Positions 57,465 to 64,000 of a stretch of DNA of 64,000 nucleotides are shown in pieces. The DNA lies in NCBI GenBank assembly GCA_902607585.1, contig CACLKP010000002.1:2408-66407 (forward strand), written 5' to 3'. The number at the start of each line of letters is the position of its first letter. Within the stretch, counting starts at the first letter, position 1. Made by a program: the position numbers and the translations under genes. Source of the DNA: an uncultured Pelagibacteraceae bacterium. GTDB taxonomy: Bacteria > Pseudomonadota > Alphaproteobacteria > Pelagibacterales > Pelagibacteraceae. The notes beneath the pieces were generated by a model. That model was given only the letters and a program-made list of their open reading frames with translations. It was not told the origin of the DNA and did not search any database.

Positions 57465-57529
57465 TTAAATGGATATAACGGCTCCCTCCTAAGGAGCAGT
57501 TGCAGGTTCGATTCCCGCCGGGATCGCCA
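57455..57529 (+). tRNA. tRNA-Arg (anticodon CCT)
   Basis: Manual cloverleaf: the acceptor stem is GGTCCCG/CGGGATC with one G-U. The D arm is GTTA/TAAC with GG in the loop. The anticodon stem GCTCC/GGAGC carries the loop CT-CCT-AA. The T arm is GCAGG-TTCGATT-CCCGC with one A-C mismatch. CCA is encoded. Confidence 0.88.
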
Positions 57530-57599
57530 ATTTTTTTAGTTGCGCCTTTAATCAATTCAAAACATAATGTTTGTACAAATATTAATTAAAAAGGAGCAT

Positions 57600-57686
57600 G
57601 GGCGAATGGCGGAACTGGTAGACGCGCAGGACTCAAAATCCTGTGGTAGCAATACTGTGAGAGTTCGACTCTCTCTTTGCCCACCA
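57600..57686 (+). tRNA. tRNA-Leu (anticodon CAA), class II with long variable arm
   Basis: The acceptor stem is GGGCGAA/TTTGCCC with one G-U. The anticodon stem CAGGA/TCCTG carries the loop CT-CAA-AA. There is a long variable arm, the T arm is GAGAG-TTCGACT-CTCTC, and the discriminator A and CCA are encoded. Confidence 0.9.
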
Positions 57687-57693
57687 AAATCAA

Positions 57694-59412
57694 ATGGATT
57701 TAAAAGTATTTAAAAGTTTAACAGATTTATTTTTTTATCAGGTTGGAAAACAAAATCCTCAAACTGCTTTTTTAGAATGGCTTAATCCTAGAAACAAAAA
57801 AAAACTTACCTGGGGGGAAACATCATCAAGTATTTACAAACTGGCAAAAATTTTAAAGCAAAATATTACAGCCGGAGATAGGTGTCTTTTAGTTTCTGAA
57901 AATAGACCTGAGTGGTTGATTTCCGACATAGCCATAATGTTAGCAAATGGTATTACAGTACCTGCCTATACTACATATACGGAAAAAGATTATAAATATT
58001 TAATCGAAGACTGCCAACCTTCTGTGATTATAGTTTCAAATGATGAAATGCACAATAAATTAAAAAATACAATTAGTGAAAAAGATTTTGTAAAAAAAGT
58101 AATTACTTTAGAAAAAATTCAAGGAGTTGATTATAAAAATAAATATTTAGATTTTAATTTTATAATTAAAAATGATTTACAAGAAAGCGATAAAATTAAA
58201 AATTTAAATTTAAAAAGAAATTCTCCTGCTTGCATAATATATACATCGGGAACTGGCGGAAATCCTAAAGGAGTTATTTTAAGTCATGGTGGTATATTAA
58301 ATAATTTGGAGGGAGCTTGTGAAATTTTAAAACCATTAATTGATAGGAGACCAATTTTTTTAACTTGGCTCCCCTTATCTCATTCTTATGAACACACTGT
58401 TCAGTTTGCGCAAATTGCAGTAGGTGCAAAAGTTTTCTATGCAGAAAAAATAGAAAAACTTTTAGACAATATTTCAGAAGCTCAACCAACGATTATGACT
58501 GCGGTCCCACGATTTTATCAAAATCTTTATAATAAAATAAATATGAATATGAAAAAGGCGACAGGATTTAAGGCAAAATTAATTAAAGCCACAATTGTTT
58601 TAGGCAAAAAAGAGCTATTAAAACAAAAGATGAATTTTTCAGAAAAATTTATGAATTCCATAGTAAATGTTTTAGTTAGGAAAAAAGTAAAAAAACAGTT
58701 TGGTGGAAATTTAAGGGCTTTTGTATCTGGAGGTGGGGCTTTGGATAAAGAAATAGGTGAATTTTTAAATGCTATAGGATTACCTACTTTACAAGGCTAT
58801 GGTTTGACAGAAACTTCCCCAGTAGTAAGTTGTAATCCAATTCATAAAATTAGGGTTGAAACAGTTGGTCCACCATTTGGTGGCAATCAAGTGAAAATAG
58901 CAGCAGATGGAGAAATATTAGTCAAAGGAGAAAATGTAATGTTGGGTTATTGGAATAAGAAAGAAGATACAGAAAAAGTTCTTAAAGATGGTTGGTTGTA
59001 TACAGGAGATATAGGAGAAATAGATCCACAAGATGGTTATTTAAAAATTACAGATAGAAAGAAAGATATAATAGTTAGTGCAGGGGGAGACAATATCTCT
59101 CCAGCAAAAATTGAGAATCAACTCTCAAACTCTCCGGCAATAGAACAATCAATGGTTTATGGGGATGGAAAAAATTATTTAGTTGCACTTATTGTTCCAA
59201 GTAAAGAATTTAGCAACCAAAAAGAAAAAATAAATGAAATAATAAATGAAATTAATCATAATTTAACTTTAACCGAAAAAATAAAAAAATTTCATTTAAT
59301 TAACGAAAATTTTTCAATTGAAAATGGCTTGTTGACGCCAACAATGAAAGTAAAAAGAAACAAAGTGATTGCTAAATATAAAAATATTTTAGAAAATTTT
59401 TATAAAAAGTAG
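57694..59412 (+). CDS. long-chain acyl-CoA synthetase (AMP-forming)
   Basis: The 572-aa ORF has the AMP-binding motifs IIYTSGTGGNPKGV, GYGLTETS, TGDIGEID and the L.PT.K.KR tail. The ATG lies only 7 nt after the CCA of tRNA-Leu. Confidence 0.88.
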   Translation: MDLKVFKSLTDLFFYQVGKQNPQTAFLEWLNPRNKKKLTWGETSSSIYKLAKILKQNITAGDRCLLVSENRPEWLISDIAIMLANGITVPAYTTYTEKDYKYLIEDCQPSVIIVSNDEMHNKLKNTISEKDFVKKVITLEKIQGVDYKNKYLDFNFIIKNDLQESDKIKNLNLKRNSPACIIYTSGTGGNPKGVILSHGGILNNLEGACEILKPLIDRRPIFLTWLPLSHSYEHTVQFAQIAVGAKVFYAEKIEKLLDNISEAQPTIMTAVPRFYQNLYNKINMNMKKATGFKAKLIKATIVLGKKELLKQKMNFSEKFMNSIVNVLVRKKVKKQFGGNLRAFVSGGGALDKEIGEFLNAIGLPTLQGYGLTETSPVVSCNPIHKIRVETVGPPFGGNQVKIAADGEILVKGENVMLGYWNKKEDTEKVLKDGWLYTGDIGEIDPQDGYLKITDRKKDIIVSAGGDNISPAKIENQLSNSPAIEQSMVYGDGKNYLVALIVPSKEFSNQKEKINEIINEINHNLTLTEKIKKFHLINENFSIENGLLTPTMKVKRNKVIAKYKNILENFYKK

Positions 59413-59516
59413 TAAATTTTATTTAATTTCATCGTTAAAAAACATTGTTATTACTTGTTTTTTTGTTTTTTGTAAAAAATAAATAATTTTTTCTAAAAAA
59501 TTTTTTTCTAAAAATT

Positions 59517-59607
59517 TGTCAACATAATTAATGTTTGACATCAGTGAAAATAAACATAAAGCTTAAATATAAAAACGAATCACACAATGATTTGTTTTAA
59601 TTAAAAC
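59517..59607 (+). other. structured non-coding segment upstream of the micro-ORF (near-palindrome plus two overlapping hairpins)
   Basis: TGTCAACAT-AATTA-ATGTTTGACA (59517-59540) is a near-palindrome with one extra A, and it contains TTGACA. Hairpin AAAACGAATCA-CACAA-TGATTTGTTTT lies at 59572-59598 (11 bp, one G-U). It overlaps the perfect palindrome GTTTTAATTAAAAC at 59594-59607. Confidence 0.4.
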
Positions 59608-59623
59608 AAAAAGGGAGCTCAAA

Positions 59624-59689
59624 ATGGCTAAACGTAGAAAGAAAAAAGGTAAAAAGAAGAAAAAAGGTAAGAAAAGAAGAAGAAGATAA
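59624..59689 (+). CDS. candidate 21-aa polybasic micro-protein (MAKRRKKKGKKKKKGKKRRRR)
   Basis: The ATG is preceded by AAGGGAG (59611-59617) at 6-nt spacing. The ORF has 21 codons and a TAA stop. A strong hairpin plus T8 terminator begins 23 nt downstream. Coding status is unproven because the stretch is a low-complexity purine tract. Confidence 0.4.
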   Translation: MAKRRKKKGKKKKKGKKRRRR

Positions 59690-59711
59690 GCTGAACCTTT
59701 TTTAAAAATTT

Positions 59712-59756
59712 CGCCCTTCTTAATATATTTTTTTAATTAAGGAGGGCGTTTTTTTT
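59712..59756. terminator. strong, probably bidirectional, intrinsic terminator between the micro-ORF and carD
   Basis: The 13-bp stem CGCCCTTCTTAAT / ATTAAGGAGGGCG has one G-U and an 11-nt loop, followed by T8 (59749-59756) on the plus strand. On the minus strand the same stem is followed by GAAATTTTTAAAAAAGG. The T8 run overlaps the carD stop codon. Confidence 0.75.
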
Positions 59757-60438
59757 ATGCTGTTGCTTGGGTTTCTATTGGGTTTTCAACACGACTTAAA
59801 GCTTTATCCATCTTAATTTTTGCTTTTTCACCCAACACTACTTCGAATTCAGATTTTAATCTCTCATAAGCTTTTTCAAAAAGTTGTCTTTCGCTATATG
59901 ATTGTTCTGCAATTACGTCAGTTTTTTTATTTAAATCTTTTACTACTTCCGCAAGTTGATAAAGTTTTCCAGAATTAATTTTTTGTTCATATTCTTGAGC
60001 TCTCCTACTCCACATAGTTCTTTTTATTTTTGGTTTACTTTTTAATATAGTAATTGCCTTATTAACTTGATTGATGCTCGAAACATGTCTTAGGTGTGAT
60101 TGTTGATTAAGGGGTATGCTTAATGTCAATTTTTCTTTTTCAATAAAAACTTTATAAAAAGTTATATCAATACTACCTATTTTTGCTTTTTCTACAGAAA
60201 CTATTTTTCCTACACCATGTTTTGGATAAACTACGTAATCTTTAATGTTGTAAATTCTTTTTTCAGAAGGTTGTTTTACAATTTTTTTAATTTTTATTTC
60301 ATTTGCTTTAAAAATTTTTGGTTTATAAGTTGTGCGTTTAGCAGATCGATCAAAGACTATTTTTTCCTTAATTTTTTTATCTTTATTTATTCCCGCTTTT
60401 TTTTTAATTTTTTTTAGACTTCTTCTTTTTTTACCCAT
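59755..60438 (-). CDS. carD: CarD/CdnL-family RNA polymerase-binding transcription factor with a basic N-terminal extension
   Basis: The core is DYVVYPKHGVGKIVSVE...WSRRAQEY..K..SG....AEVV.DL. It is preceded by a ~65-aa Lys-rich extension. It sits next to fdxA, as in other alphaproteobacteria. Confidence 0.88.
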   Translation of the reverse strand: MGKKRRSLKKIKKKAGINKDKKIKEKIVFDRSAKRTTYKPKIFKANEIKIKKIVKQPSEKRIYNIKDYVVYPKHGVGKIVSVEKAKIGSIDITFYKVFIEKEKLTLSIPLNQQSHLRHVSSINQVNKAITILKSKPKIKRTMWSRRAQEYEQKINSGKLYQLAEVVKDLNKKTDVIAEQSYSERQLFEKAYERLKSEFEVVLGEKAKIKMDKALSRVENPIETQATA

Positions 60439-60446
60439 GATAACTT

Positions 60447-60788
60447 TTAATCGCCTTTTCCTGGTTTTTCACTGAGATATTTTAACTTGTTTTCAACATT
60501 ACGCCATTTTTCTTGATCTGCTGGCACATCATTTTCTCTTTTTTTAGTAATGTTTGGCCACGCTTCGCTATATTTTTTGTTAAGTTCAACCCATTTACTG
60601 GTACCTTCATTAGTATCAGGCTCAATAGCGTTTATAGGACATTCAGGTTCGCAAACTCCACAATCTATGCATTCGTCAGCTTTAATAACGAGCATATTTT
60701 CGCCCTCATAAAAACAGTCTACAGGGCATACTTCTACGCAATCCAACAATTTACACTTTATACATTTTTCATTAACAATATAAGTCAT
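60447..60788 (-). CDS. fdxA: 7Fe ferredoxin ([3Fe-4S][4Fe-4S])
   Basis: The 113-aa ORF starts [44 protein letters not shown]. Confidence 0.93.
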   Translation of the reverse strand: MTYIVNEKCIKCKLLDCVEVCPVDCFYEGENMLVIKADECIDCGVCEPECPINAIEPDTNEGTSKWVELNKKYSEAWPNITKKRENDVPADQEKWRNVENKLKYLSEKPGKGD

Positions 60789-60791
60789 ATT

Positions 60792-61214
60792 TTATTTTAA
60801 TAAATTTTTAACTTTTGTTTTAATAATTCCATTATCCTTATCTGAAATATATAGCAACCCACAAATTCTCCTGATTAAGTTTGACTCGTAATTATCACTG
60901 GTGTCGTCTGAATATACAATTTTCCAAATAATTTCAATTATTTTTAATCTAAATTCTATTGAGAATTTTTTTATTTCTCTAGTAAATTCAACTATTTGAT
61001 TTGATTCTTCCTCTTTTTTTTCGGCAAGTTTTAGTAATTTTTCCGCCTCATTAGAGCTTACGTTGTATAATTGGATTATTGCTTTTATAATAATTTTTTT
61101 TTCGATTTCTGTATAATTTTCATCAATTTTTGCTGCATGTATTAATAACGCTATAACTAAAATATTATTATTAGAATTTTGTTTTTTTTGATTTTTAAAT
61201 AAATTTTTAAACAT
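60792..61214 (-). CDS. TerB-like (tellurite-resistance TerB / DjlA N-terminal fold) protein
   Basis: The 140-aa ORF shows the pattern LLIHAAKIDENYTEIEKKII......LYNVS..EAEKLL.LAE...EES..I.EFTR.I......E.RL.IIE.IW.IVYSD....NYE..LIRR...LLYIS. Confidence 0.68.
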   Translation of the reverse strand: MFKNLFKNQKKQNSNNNILVIALLIHAAKIDENYTEIEKKIIIKAIIQLYNVSSNEAEKLLKLAEKKEEESNQIVEFTREIKKFSIEFRLKIIEIIWKIVYSDDTSDNYESNLIRRICGLLYISDKDNGIIKTKVKNLLK

Positions 61215-63707
61215 TTAACTAAATCTTAATCTTAGTAATTTATCAAAAGGATTATCTTTATTAATCTTTTTACTGTCTTTTTCTTTTTTGCTTTTCAAAA
61301 ACTTAGGTTTGTAAATGAAAAATTCTTCCTTCCCACCTTCAATTTTTTTGGGTTTATATTCCATTAATTTTAAAAGCTTAAAGAAATTATCTTTACTACA
61401 ACCAATTAAATTAATCATATCCGAATCAATTTTAAACATTCCATCTTTACTATTTTCAATAATTTTTAAAAAAAGTCTTTCCAGAATGTCTACCCTAACA
61501 TAAAATTGATCAAAATTTTCAAAACCACATATTAGAAGGAATCTATTATTTTTTCTCGATTCATTTTTTAAAAAATTCAATCCTGATGTTGGAATAACAT
61601 ATTTTCCATCCTCTGGAAAATATAACTTCCATAATTTTACCCTGAGATCTACAGCATTAGGTTTTAGCATTTTTGGAAGAAAAATATGATACCTTCCAAT
61701 TTTTATTCCAGCTTTTCTTAAATGCAATCTATCTTCTTTAGAAATATTTTTTATCATTTTATGCACACTTCCTCTTTTCATTATGCCATTATTTTCAAAT
61801 AATTGATAACACAAAGCTCTAACATAATTATTTTTAAATTTTGATTTAGTTAAATTTACTAAATCTGATAATTCTGATGAAATAAGTAAGTATAGTTTTT
61901 TTTCTAAATTTACTTTTAATTTTTCTTTAGACTCCTGATCAATAGCTTCATCAACTAATAGTTCTAATTTTGGATTTAGGTAATTTTTTCCATGTGAAAT
62001 GTAAGCAATAGGGCTATCCGTCCAGTATATTTTGTGATCATTACCCAGTTCAAAAACTTTGCTTTTAATTATTCTATTAACTCTTCTCATTAATTCTGGA
62101 GCTATAGCTTGTCTCGCAGCTTTTTTTAGAGACTTAATGTCCGTTTTTAGTGATCCAGACTTTAAATCTAAATCTAATTTCATTCCATTCAGTCTTCCTA
62201 TATACTGACCATCAATAATAACTTCATTTTCATTTCTTATTTCTGTTGCTAATGAAATGTCTTGTTTTAGACTTCGAGACAAAATGCTTATTCTTTTATC
62301 AATGAAACTTTTTGTAAGTTCTTCATGGAGTTTATCCGATAATTTATCTTCTATATATTTTGTTCGTTCGACCCAATAATCTGAATTATTAGCCCAATCT
62401 TTTTTATTAGCAACATAAGACCACGTTCTAACATTTGAAATTCTATTAGCTAGTGTATCAATATTTCCATCATATCTATCTAAGTATTCTAGTTGTTTTT
62501 TCATATAGTCATTTGTAACTTTTCCAGATTTTGATGTTAAAAATTCAAAAACTGTCTTCACAACTTCTATGTGGTTTCCATAGGCTTTTTTTGAAAAATC
62601 TGGTATTTGACAGCATTCCCAAAGTGTTTTTATAAAATCTTTAGAATGTTTAATTTTTAATTCACTATTATTTTTTATCAAAAATTTTAAAACTTTTTCA
62701 TCTTCACAATCACTAATTCTTTTTAAAAATTCATTATTTGTTTTTTTTTCGAGTGAAGAGACCAAATTACTTAAACCGTCAAAATCAATTTTGGAATTTC
62801 TCCAGTAAAGTAGATCAATTTTATCAAGTTCGTGTTTTTCCAACCTTTCAATTTCATCGGGAGACAACAGCTTACATTCTCCTGTTATTCCAAAGGTGCC
62901 ATCGTTAATATGTCTACCCGCTCTTCCTGCGATTTGTGAAATTTCACTTAAAGTTAGTTTTCTGGTTTTTTTTCCATCAAATTTTCTTAAATTGCTGAAG
63001 CTTACATTATTAATATCCATATTTATTCCCATACCAATGGCATCAGTGGCTACAAGAAAATTTGCATCTCCAGATTGATATAGTTCTACTTGTGAATTTC
63101 TAGTCTTTGGGCTCAGAGAACCCATAATTATTGCGGCTCCCCCTTTTTGTCTTCTTACTAATTCTGCTATTGCGTAAACTTCATCTACTGAAAAGGCAAT
63201 CAAAGCAGTTTTTGGACTTAACCTAGATATTTTTTTGTAACCGCTATATGTTAGTTTAGAGTATCGTTCTCTACTGACAAACTCAATATTATCAACAAGG
63301 GAAGTAATTACCGATTTCATCGTGTGAGAGCCTAGGAACATGGTAAGTTTTTCGCCTCTAATATTTAATAATCTGTCGGTAAAAATATGACCTCTTTCAT
63401 GATCAGTACACATCTGTATTTCATCAACCGCAACAAAATCTACAATCATATCTTGGGGCATAGACTCCACTGTACAGATATAATATCTGGGTGATTTTGG
63501 AATTATTTTTTCTTCTCCAGTGATAAGGGCTACTTTTTCTGATCCAACTTTATTTACACACTTGTCAAAAATTTCTCTGGCTAACAGTCTTAGCGGAAAA
63601 CCTATAATTCCACTTTCATATTCCAGCATTGTTTCAACTGCTAAATGTGTTTTTCCTGTATTAGTAGGACCCAGAACAGCAGTAATTTTTTTTAAGTTGT
63701 TTTCCAT
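61215..63707 (-). CDS. Suv3-like superfamily-2 ATP-dependent helicase with a long C-terminal region
   Basis: The 830-aa ORF has LGPTNTGKTH (motif I), VDEIQM (motif II), ATDAIGMGINM and QIAGRAGR (motif VI). A helicase lies next to fdxA-carD in many alphaproteobacteria. Confidence 0.8.
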   Translation of the reverse strand: MENNLKKITAVLGPTNTGKTHLAVETMLEYESGIIGFPLRLLAREIFDKCVNKVGSEKVALITGEEKIIPKSPRYYICTVESMPQDMIVDFVAVDEIQMCTDHERGHIFTDRLLNIRGEKLTMFLGSHTMKSVITSLVDNIEFVSRERYSKLTYSGYKKISRLSPKTALIAFSVDEVYAIAELVRRQKGGAAIIMGSLSPKTRNSQVELYQSGDANFLVATDAIGMGINMDINNVSFSNLRKFDGKKTRKLTLSEISQIAGRAGRHINDGTFGITGECKLLSPDEIERLEKHELDKIDLLYWRNSKIDFDGLSNLVSSLEKKTNNEFLKRISDCEDEKVLKFLIKNNSELKIKHSKDFIKTLWECCQIPDFSKKAYGNHIEVVKTVFEFLTSKSGKVTNDYMKKQLEYLDRYDGNIDTLANRISNVRTWSYVANKKDWANNSDYWVERTKYIEDKLSDKLHEELTKSFIDKRISILSRSLKQDISLATEIRNENEVIIDGQYIGRLNGMKLDLDLKSGSLKTDIKSLKKAARQAIAPELMRRVNRIIKSKVFELGNDHKIYWTDSPIAYISHGKNYLNPKLELLVDEAIDQESKEKLKVNLEKKLYLLISSELSDLVNLTKSKFKNNYVRALCYQLFENNGIMKRGSVHKMIKNISKEDRLHLRKAGIKIGRYHIFLPKMLKPNAVDLRVKLWKLYFPEDGKYVIPTSGLNFLKNESRKNNRFLLICGFENFDQFYVRVDILERLFLKIIENSKDGMFKIDSDMINLIGCSKDNFFKLLKLMEYKPKKIEGGKEEFFIYKPKFLKSKKEKDSKKINKDNPFDKLLRLRFS

Positions 63708-63880
63708 AAATTGTGTTTAATTTTTTTTGGTACACTATATTTAGATTTTTTTTAAGAACAAAAGATGACTAAAACGTGACCGAATCAGCGAGTTAAAAGT
63801 TCTCATTTTCAATAATTGAAAAACAAGTTTAGCATAATTTTTAAGAATTCAATATTAAATTTTTTTGGCATAATAGACCC

Positions 63881-64000
63881 ATGGATACTTATCTTTGGAA
63901 GCTTAAAAATGAAAAATTATATAAAACAAATTTATTTTTATATTCTAATTTTATTAAAGAAAATTTTAAAATAGATTCAAACTGTAATTTTAATAAAATT
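63881..64000 (+). CDS. 5' end of an unidentified CDS running off the right edge (possibly acetoacetyl-CoA synthetase-like)
   Basis: The open frame MDTYLWKLKNEKLYKTNLFLYSNFIKENFKIDSNCNFNKI runs for 40 codons to the window end. An N-terminal LW...motif followed by a ...F.. pattern is reminiscent of acetoacetate-CoA ligases. This is weak evidence. Confidence 0.3.
   Translation, partial: MDTYLWKLKNEKLYKTNLFLYSNFIKENFKIDSNCNFNKI

Noticed and set aside
57367-57555. A 62-aa minus-strand ORF spanning tRNA-Arg.
   Set aside because: It is antisense to both a CDS and a well-folded tRNA, and its frame is created by the GC-rich tRNA sequence. It is spurious.
57591-57621. AAGGAG followed by ATG GGC GAA TGG CGG AAC TGG TAG, a 7-codon ORF at the start of tRNA-Leu.
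   Set aside because: The SD-to-ATG spacing is only 1 nt, and the frame is simply the tRNA acceptor and D arm. It is a coincidence.
56292-57700. The SGNH-like gene plus two tRNAs considered as a genomic-island integration site.
   Set aside because: I saw no integrase, transposase, phage gene or duplicated tRNA 3' fragment in the flanks, and the neighbouring genes are ordinary housekeeping or metabolic genes.
59487-59514. Tandem TTTTTTCTAAAAA repeats considered as a CRISPR-like or minisatellite array.
   Set aside because: There are only two low-complexity copies with no spacers. They more plausibly represent A/T-tract (UP-element-like or bent) DNA. They are reported only as part of the long-spacer finding.

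Overview
This is an AT-rich, very gene-dense chromosomal core region with about 60 CDS, 2 tRNAs and many start/stop overlaps in 64 kb. The synteny is alphaproteobacterial: fabA-fabB, ubiB-ubiE next to mutM, rpsT-dnaA-dnaN-gyrB, regB/regA, chvI-chvG, atpHAGDC, rplU-rpmA-obg-proB-proA-nadD-rsfS, metX-metW, lysA-argH and fdxA-carD. The composition and compaction fit a streamlined Pelagibacterales (SAR11)-like genome, but that cannot be proven from this window alone. I see no rRNA, CRISPR, transposase, integrase, prophage or recognisable defence genes. I also see no convincing multi-gene novel system, so this reads as an ordinary housekeeping region with a few local oddities. (1) A 342-bp spacer between convergent genes holds a 21-codon all-Lys/Arg/Gly micro-ORF with one of the best Shine-Dalgarno matches I noticed in the window, its own strong terminator and structured upstream DNA. 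(2) The metX 5' leader has a terminator/antiterminator arrangement that looks like a SAM-II/SAM-V-type riboswitch. (3) In the run CDS / tRNA-Arg / tRNA-Leu / CDS, the first CDS overlaps the tRNA by 10 nt and the last CDS starts 7 nt after the tRNA CCA. (4) A single katG gene is wedged into conserved synteny. (5) An ODC-like / deoxyhypusine-synthase-like / agmatinase operon sits between regB and regA. (6) GyrB lacks the large proteobacterial insertion. All coordinates come from reading the supplied sequence and ORF track, and no searches were run.
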